DNA of 64,000 nt from Candidatus Limnocylindria bacterium (GTDB lineage Bacteria > Chloroflexota > Limnocylindria > P2-11E). Within the stretch, counting starts at the first letter, position 1. Every line of letters begins with the position of its first letter. The notes beneath the pieces are model-generated. The model worked only from the letters and a program-made list of their open reading frames with translations, was not told the origin of the DNA and searched no databases. The translations under genes and the position numbers were made by a program. This document shows, in pieces, positions 19,079-26,739 of the stretch. The stretch covers positions 29,717-93,716 of the forward strand of contig JBBQVQ010000002.1 of assembly GCA_038211425.1 (NCBI GenBank), written 5' to 3'.

Positions 19079-20463
19079 TCCGATGCGTGATCCACGCGGC
19101 GCAGCGTACCGTCGGTCAGGATCGACAGGCTCCGCCGGGGGGCGCTTTCGCCCAGCTTCAAATACAGCTTCAGGCGCAACGTGCCACCCAGCGTCCGCGC
19201 GAGCGCGTTGACATCGGGCGCCCGCCAGAGGAACACACCCCACGTGCGCGCGACATCCACGTGCCCGCGGACGAGCGTCAGGAAATCGTCGAAACCGAAG
19301 GTCTGCACATGCCCAGTCTCGAGCTTGCCCACGAGCTGCTCGTTGGGGACGGTGAGGATGCTGCGTCCGCCTCCGGCGACGCGCGCCATTTCGGCGAGCG
19401 CGCGGTCCGGGTGCTCGAGATGCTCGAGCACCTCGCTGCAATACGCGAGATCGAATACGTCCGCGCGGAACGGCAGCGCCTCGGCCGAGAACACGAGGTG
19501 GTGGACGCGCAGCGGCGCCGAAGCGTGGTCCCTGGCGTGGCGGACGAGCTTCAGCGACACATCGCCTGCGACGGCGAGCTGCGTGCCGACCGCCGCGAAC
19601 ACGTCCTGGTGCAATCCCCAGTCGCCGCAGCCGACGTCGATGCTCGCGCGTGGCACGCGGCGGTGAAGGAGCCTGGCGACGAGGTCGCGCTTGTACAGCC
19701 CGATCTCCAGCCATGCGCGGTTCTCGTCGGCTCCCACGTTGTAGGCGTCGCCCGCCGCGTACGCGTCCTCGTTCTGCTCCACCTGGGCGATCGCGCCCGG
19801 TGGCAGCAGGACCGGGATGCCGTCGACGATCGGATGGCGCTGGCCGCATCCGTTGCAGCGAAGGGCGTCGGGCTCCGCCCGCAGATCGCTTCGGCAGGTG
19901 GGACAGCAGAGCAGCGGGATCAGCTCCTCGAGCCGCGCGGATCCGGATCGTGGCCGCCACGCGCGTGCGAGCCATGAGGGGCGCGGCACGCGCCGAGGAG
20001 ACCACGCCGCCAGGGCCACGCCGGCGTCGGCCGCCGGCAGTTCGAGGTCGACGAGCAGCCGCAACGCGGCGTAGGCCAGGTGCTGCCTCGGCGAGGCGAA
20101 GGCGCCACCGCGGCAGAGCACGACGAAGCATCCCTGCCCCTTCCACCGCAGCACCCCCGCGACGAGCGCTGACAGGTGATATGCACCGGGGACGTAGTGG
20201 ATGTACACGACCGCCGTGTCCGGAGGCGTTGCCCGCGCCGCGTGCAGCACGTCGCCCAGGGTCGGGCCCATCTTCAGCTCGTAGGTCGCGAATCCGCGCA
20301 CACGCAGCCGGCATACGAGGTCCTCGCCGAACGCGGCCTCGCCGCGTGGCATGAACACCGCGGCCGTCGGGGCGCGCGCCAGGAGGCGGTCGAGCGGGAC
20401 GGACCGGCCGAGCTCGACGTCGCGCGCGTACGTCCGCGCCAGCGGCTGAGCGCGGCGCGTCAC
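19075..20463 (-). CDS. Unknown N-terminal domain + Trm112-like Zn finger + class I methyltransferase
   Basis: LCCPTC...LRCNGC..HPIVDGIPVLL (Trm112-like); IDVGCG, LPF, EVLEHL, TVPN. Confidence 0.85.
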   Translation of the reverse strand: MTRRAQPLARTYARDVELGRSVPLDRLLARAPTAAVFMPRGEAAFGEDLVCRLRVRGFATYELKMGPTLGDVLHAARATPPDTAVVYIHYVPGAYHLSALVAGVLRWKGQGCFVVLCRGGAFASPRQHLAYAALRLLVDLELPAADAGVALAAWSPRRVPRPSWLARAWRPRSGSARLEELIPLLCCPTCRSDLRAEPDALRCNGCGQRHPIVDGIPVLLPPGAIAQVEQNEDAYAAGDAYNVGADENRAWLEIGLYKRDLVARLLHRRVPRASIDVGCGDWGLHQDVFAAVGTQLAVAGDVSLKLVRHARDHASAPLRVHHLVFSAEALPFRADVFDLAYCSEVLEHLEHPDRALAEMARVAGGGRSILTVPNEQLVGKLETGHVQTFGFDDFLTLVRGHVDVARTWGVFLWRAPDVNALARTLGGTLRLKLYLKLGESAPRRSLSILTDGTLRRVDHASE

Positions 20464-21650
20464 TCGCACTCCCAGCGGTGAGGAATGCGGGCGATGCCCA
20501 TCTCACGCGTCGAGTCGCCGATCACCCTGAAATTCAGGCCCTTCTGGTGGTAGTCGTAGTAGCGGTCCTCCCGATCGGTGATGCCGATGTCGACGTCGAA
20601 GCCGCCGGGCAGCAGGCTCAGGTCGTCGATCGCGAAGCGCACCAGGCCTTCCCTTTTCACGGGTACGACCACGCCATCGCTCATGGTGTTTGTGCAGTAC
20701 GCGCCGACGCCGTCTTCTCGGTAGATGCAGACGCCGAACACCGCATCCTGCACGCCGGCCTCGTTGCGGTACGCGATCTCGATCGCGGCGGCGCTGCCAG
20801 ATTCGAGCACGGAGCGTTCGACGCCGTCGCGCGCCACGAGGCGCGATCGAGTGATGGCGATCTCCTTGCTGCCCCACCGCGCTCCGATCTCGCCACGGGA
20901 CTCGCGCTCGCGCTGCTCGCGTTCTCCGACCCTCAGGTGATAGGCGTTGATGACGTCGCGCACGTCGCCGCTCGCGGACACCCGACCCTGTTCGAGCCAG
21001 ATCGCTCTGTCGCACAGCCGGGCGACCGAGCCGAGGTCGTGCGAGACGAGCACGATCGTTTTCCGGACTTTGCGAAATTCGGCGATCTTGGCGAAGCACT
21101 TGTGCTGGAAATACTCGTCCCCCACCGCGAGCACCTCGTCGACCAGCAGGACGTCGGGGTCCATGTGCACGGCGACGGCGAACCCGAGGCGCATGTACAT
21201 ACCGCTCGAGTACGTCTTCACGGGTGCGCTCCAGAAGCGCCCGAGGTCGGCGAAGCGCTCGATCGAAGGGAGGGCGGCATCGACCTCCCGGCGCGACAAG
21301 CCCAGGATCGAGCCGTTCAGGATGGCGTTCTCGCGGCCGCTGAAGTCGGGGTGGAACCCCGCTCCGATCTCGAGGAGGGCCGACACGCGGCCGTTGACGT
21401 CGAGCGTGCCCGTCGTCGGCTTGGCGGTGCCGGCGACGAGCTTCAGCAGCGTGGACTTACCGGAGCCGTTCGCGCCGATCACCCCGAACGCTTCACCCTG
21501 CTCGACCGCGAAGGTCACGTCGCGGAGAGCGTCCACCATCTCGGCCGGGGCGTACTGCCGGAGCGCCACCTCCTTGAGGGTGCGGTGGCGCTCTCGCCGC
21601 AGCCGGTAGGACTTGGCCACGTGATCCGCGCGGATGGCCGTTTCGCTCAT
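20460..21650 (-). CDS. wzt: Polysaccharide ABC exporter ATPase with C-terminal carbohydrate-binding (Wzt_C) domain
   Basis: GANGSGKST, GAGFHPDFSGREN, YSSGM, DEVLAVGD..FQHKC; about 150-aa beta-rich C-terminal extension. Confidence 0.95.
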   Translation of the reverse strand: MSETAIRADHVAKSYRLRRERHRTLKEVALRQYAPAEMVDALRDVTFAVEQGEAFGVIGANGSGKSTLLKLVAGTAKPTTGTLDVNGRVSALLEIGAGFHPDFSGRENAILNGSILGLSRREVDAALPSIERFADLGRFWSAPVKTYSSGMYMRLGFAVAVHMDPDVLLVDEVLAVGDEYFQHKCFAKIAEFRKVRKTIVLVSHDLGSVARLCDRAIWLEQGRVSASGDVRDVINAYHLRVGEREQRERESRGEIGARWGSKEIAITRSRLVARDGVERSVLESGSAAAIEIAYRNEAGVQDAVFGVCIYREDGVGAYCTNTMSDGVVVPVKREGLVRFAIDDLSLLPGGFDVDIGITDREDRYYDYHQKGLNFRVIGDSTREMGIARIPHRWECE

Positions 21651-22426
21651 CGCTTGCGCGCCGTGACCATGTAGAACCATCCGAGGACGTTGGCGACCGC
21701 CGTGCCGTCCAGCGCCCTGAGGATCCGCGCGTACCTCCAGGTCAGCTCCTCGAATCCGCGCATCGTGTACGGCGGTTGCACCCCCGCGGCAACGATCCGC
21801 ACCTCCGCGAGGCCGGCAGCGTTCACCAGGTCCCGCCACGCCCGCTTCGACAACGCGCTCTCGAAGATGCCCTCCGCCATCTGCTCGTCGTGTCTCATCC
21901 GCTCACGCTCGGCCCACCGGTACAGCGAGACCTTGCGCGGGACGATGTCGGCGTAGAAGAGGCCCTCCGGACGGAGAATGCGCCCCATCTCGCGGATGAT
22001 CGGCGCGGGATCGCGGAAGTGCTCGAGCAGACCTCCGGACATGACCACATCGAACGCGCCGTCCGCGAACGGCAGCGCGGCCGCGTCGCCGAAGAGCGCG
22101 TGGCCATCCAGCCCCGCGCGACGGTAGTTCTCACGGACGGCGCGCATCGCATACGCCGCGTAGTCGAGCGCATAGAGCGAGAAGGGCCGCTCGAGGCCGA
22201 CACGGCACAGCAGACGGCCCGATCCCGCCCCGATCTCGAGCACCCTGCCTCCCAGTGGCAGCAGGGGACGCAGGTGGGCCATCTTTGTCTCGTCGACGAA
22301 ATTCGGCACGTCGCGTCGCTCGGGCAGGTAGAGCTCGGTGTCCCGCAGCGGCCGCTCCCACGCGGCCGAGTCGCCCTCCCGGTACGGGGTCTCGTGCTCG
22401 TGCTGGTGACCGGGCGCCTCGCTCAC
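21647..22426 (-). CDS. Class I SAM-dependent methyltransferase
   Basis: VLEIGAGSG, GDAAALPFADGAFDVV, LLEHF; GTG 22426 overlaps wzm stop. Confidence 0.88.
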   Translation of the reverse strand: MSEAPGHQHEHETPYREGDSAAWERPLRDTELYLPERRDVPNFVDETKMAHLRPLLPLGGRVLEIGAGSGRLLCRVGLERPFSLYALDYAAYAMRAVRENYRRAGLDGHALFGDAAALPFADGAFDVVMSGGLLEHFRDPAPIIREMGRILRPEGLFYADIVPRKVSLYRWAERERMRHDEQMAEGIFESALSKRAWRDLVNAAGLAEVRIVAAGVQPPYTMRGFEELTWRYARILRALDGTAVANVLGWFYMVTARKR

Positions 22427-23223
22427 AACGCCGATTCGAAGTCGTCCTTCGCTCGGCGGAAGTACGCGAAGCCGACCGCGAACAGTAGGAGCGCGAAGGC
22501 CGCCGAGTACGCGAGTGGGCCCCACTGGGGCGGGAGCCCATCGAGGAGAGCGCGCTGATAGCCGACGATGATCGACGTCATGGGATTGACGTACAGCAGG
22601 AACAGCTCGCGCGGACGGTCCGCCGCGACCGATACCGGGAACAGGACCGGAGTGAGGAAGTACCACGCCATCAGGAGGATCCCAAGGATGTGCTCCACGT
22701 CACGAAAGAAGACGTTCGCGCCGGCCAGAAGGTAGGCGAAGCCGAGATTGAGCGAGAGCTGGATCACTGCCAGTACGGGCAGATACACCAGTCCCTCGGG
22801 GTGGCGGGGCCCAAAGAGCGCCAGCACCGCGAAGAGGATGAGGAGACTGAGAAGGAAGTTCACCAGCGCGGAGAGCACGCTCGCCGCGGGCAGAAGCTGC
22901 ACGGGGAGGCGGACCTTCTTCACGATCGCGCCGTTCGCGACGATGGACGACGCACCGGCCTGGAGCGACGTCGCGAAGAACGTCCAGGGTATGAGACCCA
23001 CGAACAGGAAGATGGGGTATGGCTGCTCGCCACTCTCGGTGTGGGGTCGCGAGTTGAGGAGGACGCCGAAGAGGATCCAGAACACGACCAGCTGCAGCAA
23101 TGGGTTCACGAAGTTCCAGGCGAAACCGAGCGCCGAGCCCTTGTAGCGCGCGCGCAGCTCGCGCCACGCGAAGTCGGCCAGCAGCTCGCGCCGGTCCACG
23201 AGCATGCGCAGGTCGGCGATCAC
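22423..23223 (-). CDS. wzm: Polysaccharide ABC exporter permease
   Basis: RELRARYKGSALGFAW..NPL, FFRDVEH, YFLTPVLFP, NPMT; start GTG 23223 preferred (TAGACT upstream), ATG 23301 is an alternative. Confidence 0.93.
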   Translation of the reverse strand: MIADLRMLVDRRELLADFAWRELRARYKGSALGFAWNFVNPLLQLVVFWILFGVLLNSRPHTESGEQPYPIFLFVGLIPWTFFATSLQAGASSIVANGAIVKKVRLPVQLLPAASVLSALVNFLLSLLILFAVLALFGPRHPEGLVYLPVLAVIQLSLNLGFAYLLAGANVFFRDVEHILGILLMAWYFLTPVLFPVSVAADRPRELFLLYVNPMTSIIVGYQRALLDGLPPQWGPLAYSAAFALLLFAVGFAYFRRAKDDFESAL

Positions 23224-23328
23224 TTGATCGTCGAGTCTATGGGCTGCGGCCTTCGCGGCGGTCCCATCGGAGCGTGGACGGGCGTCGATGGAGACCGGCA
23301 TGGGTCGGAACGCATCTACAGTGCGCGC

Positions 23329-24303
23329 ATGCCGGAGCGTCACGCCACGGTCCGGGCCGACATCGACCTCGCCTGGTGGAAATGGCCCGGCAGCATGCCG
23401 CCGACCATGTTGATGCACGGCATCGGCAACTACGCGCGCTACTGGGATCTCCTCGCCGACGCGGTCGGTGGCAGGCTGCGCCTCATCGCTTCCGACGCTC
23501 GTGGTCACGGCGAAAGCGGCAAGCCGAGCGAAGCCGAAGCGTACGCGGCGGATGAATTCGTGGCCGACGCGCTGGAGATCATGGGCGCTGCCGGAATCCA
23601 AAGCGCGCTGGTCGTCGGCCATTCAATGGGTGGCGGGCACGCGGCGCGGCTCGCCGCATCGCACCCGGGGCGCGTGCGCGGCCTCGTACTGGTGGACTGG
23701 AGCCCTGCTCCCCTCGCCGAGGGAGCCGAGCGCGCGCGGCGTCTCTCGCTGTCGCGGCCCGCGGCCTTCGTCGACGAGGCCGACGCGCTCGCCTATCTGC
23801 GCGAGACATCTCCCGGTCATCCCGAGGCGGTGTACGCGAACCGCCTCGCGTACGCGTTCACGCGCGGACCGGACGGGCTCACCTGGAAGTCGAGCCCTGC
23901 CGCCCTCGCCGCCATCCTCGGAGGTCGAGCCGCCGCATCGAGCGAGGATCCGGCGGCGCCGACACCCTCATCCGACCAAAAGCGGGTCCCACCAGACGTG
24001 GGCGGTCGCGGGCGAAGCGCATCCGCGCGCGGAAGAAGCGATGCGTATCGCCGTGGCGCTCGAGGACGTGCTCCCGTGATCGACGGCCGCCGTGGACCGG
24101 ATCTCGGAGTCATCGCCTGCCCGGTACTCGTCGTGCGCGGCACGCGCTCGACGGTGCTGTCCGCGGAGGTCGCGGGCGCGACGGCGCGCGAGCTGAGGAA
24201 CGGGCGGATCCTCGAGCTCGACGCGGGCCACAACGTGGCGCTCGACCGGCCGCGCGAGCTGGCTGCGGCGATCGTCGACTTCTCGGCCTCGCTGCGCCCT
24301 TGA
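23329..24303 (+). CDS. Alpha/beta hydrolase with an unusual ~50-aa insertion
   Basis: LMHG, DARGHGES, GHSMGG nucleophile elbow, CPVLVVRG, AGHNV; start ATG 23329. Confidence 0.9.
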   Translation: MPERHATVRADIDLAWWKWPGSMPPTMLMHGIGNYARYWDLLADAVGGRLRLIASDARGHGESGKPSEAEAYAADEFVADALEIMGAAGIQSALVVGHSMGGGHAARLAASHPGRVRGLVLVDWSPAPLAEGAERARRLSLSRPAAFVDEADALAYLRETSPGHPEAVYANRLAYAFTRGPDGLTWKSSPAALAAILGGRAAASSEDPAAPTPSSDQKRVPPDVGGRGRSASARGRSDAYRRGARGRAPVIDGRRGPDLGVIACPVLVVRGTRSTVLSAEVAGATARELRNGRILELDAGHNVALDRPRELAAAIVDFSASLRP

Positions 24304-24310
24304 ACAACAC

Positions 24311-24390
24311 GTCGGCGGTTCGTGGGGTGCAAGTCGGCGGTTCGTGGTGCAAGTCGGCGGTTCGCGGATGGCAAGTCGGCGGGTCGTGGC
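24311..24390 (+). repeat. Four tandem 20-22 bp direct repeats (core GTCGGCGGTTCG ... GCAA)
   Basis: gtcggcggttcgtggggtgcaa / gtcggcggttcgtggtgcaa / gtcggcggttcgcggatggcaa / gtcggcgggtcgtggc. Confidence 0.9.
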
Positions 24391-24401
24391 ATGATCGGCG
24401 G

Positions 24402-24578
24402 ATGGGACTGGGGATCGCGGTGGGGGTCGGCATCGGGACGGCGCTCGGGGCGGCGCTCGGCAACATCGCGATGGGAGTCGCGTGGGGTGCGGGGGCCGGC
24501 GTGGCGCTCGGCGCGATCCTGGCAAGGCGCGGCACCCGCGAGTTCGCCGTCAGGCGGCGGCCGCCGCCGGGGCGTTGA
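24402..24578 (+). CDS. Small glycine-zipper membrane protein (58 aa)
   Basis: MGLGIAVGVGIGTALGAALGNIAMGVAWGAGAGVALGAIL, GxxxG periodicity; TGgCATGAT extended -10 lies 6 nt before the ATG. Confidence 0.7.
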   Translation: MGLGIAVGVGIGTALGAALGNIAMGVAWGAGAGVALGAILARRGTREFAVRRRPPPGR

Positions 24579-24693
24579 GGAGGCGCCGTCACGCTGGCCC
24601 GTTTCCTGACGTTGTCTCGTTGGGGTAACAAGGGCCCCTCGAGGGCGACGCGCTGCCGAATGGGCGTACGCCGACCAGAGGAGGTGTGTCCGG

Positions 24694-24846
24694 TTGCTGC
24701 CGATCTTCCACGACGATGACGGGCAAGGTCTCGTCGAATATGCACTCATCATCGCCGTCATCGCCATCGCCGTCATCCTCGCCATGGTCTTCATGCGCGG
24801 TCAGCTCCAGAACCTGTTCAGCGACATCGCGAACAACGTGACGTAA
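24694..24846 (+). CDS. flp: Flp/Fap type IVb (Tad) pilin, 50 aa
   Basis: Manual translation MLPIFHDDDGQGLVEYALIIAVIAIAVILAMVFMRGQLQNLFSDIANNVT; G|QGLVEY prepilin motif; strong GAGGAGGTG SD before TTG. Confidence 0.92.
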   Translation: MLPIFHDDDGQGLVEYALIIAVIAIAVILAMVFMRGQLQNLFSDIANNVT

Positions 24847-25049
24847 GCCCGGTGGACCTGCCGCTCCGCGGGTGCGCCGACCGGATCGCCGGCCACACGC
24901 GTTGGGGTCGGCCCACGGGGCAAAGGTCCCGGAAGAGGTCGTGGCCGGCGCGGCCGGGAACTCGCCGCACGACGACGCGGGGGCGATCCCGAGACACGAA
25001 GGAGCGGACGGAGGCCACACCGGCCTCCGTTCCGTCGTCCGGGTCGGAC

Positions 25050-25700
25050 CTACGGCCCGGAGGGACTCGGGGCGGGGCTGGGTGCCGCCCGCGACGGCGA
25101 CGCACCGGGCGCGACCGGTGACGGGCTCGGCGCCGGCGATGGGGACGGCGTCGGCAGCGGCGGGCACCCGGCGCTGCCCTTCTTCAGCTCCACGGTGCCG
25201 GTGATGCCACGCGCGGGGTACGTCGCGGTGTCGTAGCCGGCCGCGCAGACCAGGATCGGCGAGTCGGCGGGCGGATACGGAATGACGGCGATGCTTCCGG
25301 TATCGGTGCCCTTGACGGACTGCGAGCCGGGGAACCTCACCTCGGGCCCTTTGACGCCCTGCTTGGTGTCGGCATCGTTCACCTGCAGCGTCAGCGAGAC
25401 CGGTTGCAGCTTCAGCTCCTGGTCCTCCGGTCCGGCGGACGCCTTCCCGTATCCGCTGGTCTGCGCCGAGACGCGGGCGCCTCGGGGAAGGTTCGTCACC
25501 ACGTAGTTGCCGTCCTGGTCGGTGAGCACGACGCGCGAGCCGTACGTCACCTGGATGCCCGGCAGCGCCGCGCCGGTCGTGCCGTCGATGACGCGGCCTC
25601 GCGCATCGACGCTGTTGAACAGGCCGCCCCCGACGGTGACGAGCGCCAGCATCAGGAACGGGACCGCGATGGCATAGCGGTGCTTCGCGTACTGCTTCAT
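25050..25700 (-). CDS. Secreted/anchored protein with carboxypeptidase-regulatory-like (transthyretin-type Ig) domains and a Pro/Ser tail
   Basis: N-terminal hydrophobic helix; GRVIDGTTGAALPG..TDQDGNY; C-terminal PTPSPSPAPSPSP. Confidence 0.78.
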   Translation of the reverse strand: MKQYAKHRYAIAVPFLMLALVTVGGGLFNSVDARGRVIDGTTGAALPGIQVTYGSRVVLTDQDGNYVVTNLPRGARVSAQTSGYGKASAGPEDQELKLQPVSLTLQVNDADTKQGVKGPEVRFPGSQSVKGTDTGSIAVIPYPPADSPILVCAAGYDTATYPARGITGTVELKKGSAGCPPLPTPSPSPAPSPSPVAPGASPSRAAPSPAPSPSGP

Positions 25701-25823
25701 CGGTGCGGGAAGGCTACCCGATGCGGTCCTCCACCCGCCGGCTCAGCGCCGGTCCGGCACCTCGACGTGGGCGCCTCTCGCTCACGGGGGACCGAAGTCC
25801 GCGCCGTTTCTCATACTGCGCTG

Positions 25824-26714
25824 ATGCGAATACCCGACTGCTTCGGGCGGGGACGGCACGTCTTCTCGTTCGAGTTCTTCCCGCCCAGGACGCCGGAGGC
25901 GGAGCTCCGGCTTTTCGAGACGGTGGCGGCGCTCGCGCCGCTCCGCCCCAGCTTCGTCTCCGTCACGTACGGCGCGGGCGGGAGCACGCGGCGGTTGACC
26001 GTCGACCTGGTGACGCGCATCAAGAACGACATCGGCATCGAGGCGATGGCGCATCTGACGTGCGCGGGGCACGACGTGAAGGAGCTGGCGGCCGTGCTCG
26101 AGAGACTGGCCGCGGCCGGCATCGAGAACGTGCTCGCGCTGCGCGGCGACCCCCCGCGGGGTCGAACGGAGTTCCAGGCGACGCCCGGGGGGTTCGCGCA
26201 CGGATCGGAGCTCGCTGCCTTCATACGCGCGCGCTATGACTTCGCGATCGGCGGCGCGGGGTACCCCGAAGGCCATCCGGAGAGCAGCGATGCCGACGAG
26301 GACCTGGGTCATCTCCTCACGAAGGTGCGGGCCGGAGCGCAGTTCATCATCACGCAGCTCTTCTTCGAGGCGCCGACGTACTTCGCGTTCCTGGAGCGCG
26401 CGCGCGCGATCGGCGCCGACGTCCCGATCGTTCCGGGGATCATGCCCGTCACCAACGTGGGCCAGATCGAGCGGTTCACGTCCATGTGCGGCGCGAGCAT
26501 CCCGGCAGCACTGCGCGAGCGCCTGGATCGCGTGCGCGACGACGATGCGTCGGTGACTGAGGTGGGCATCGAATGGGCCACCGCGCAGTGCAGGGAACTC
26601 CTGCGAGGCGGCGCACCGGGCATCCACTTCTATACGCTCAACCGCTCGCACTCGGCGCAGCGGATCCTCGCCGAACTGCGCCGCGAAGGCCTCACCGCGC
26701 CCACCGCTCGGTAG
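25824..26714 (+). CDS. metF: 5,10-methylenetetrahydrofolate reductase
   Basis: SFEFFPP, SVTYGAGGS, AHLTC, LALRGDPP, YPEGH, ITQLFF, HFYTLN. Confidence 0.97.
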   Translation: MRIPDCFGRGRHVFSFEFFPPRTPEAELRLFETVAALAPLRPSFVSVTYGAGGSTRRLTVDLVTRIKNDIGIEAMAHLTCAGHDVKELAAVLERLAAAGIENVLALRGDPPRGRTEFQATPGGFAHGSELAAFIRARYDFAIGGAGYPEGHPESSDADEDLGHLLTKVRAGAQFIITQLFFEAPTYFAFLERARAIGADVPIVPGIMPVTNVGQIERFTSMCGASIPAALRERLDRVRDDDASVTEVGIEWATAQCRELLRGGAPGIHFYTLNRSHSAQRILAELRREGLTAPTAR

Positions 26715-26739
26715 CCGGCCCGCGGAAGGCCCGAGGGCG

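Noticed and set aside
24311-24390. Tandem repeats as a mini-CRISPR array
   Set aside because: Variable parts are only about 4-6 nt, the repeats are not palindromic, and there are no cas genes in the window.
24580-24690. c-di-GMP riboswitch upstream of flp
   Set aside because: Lacks the GGCAAA/GNRA-receptor/GCAAAG pattern; only a chance GACGC is present.
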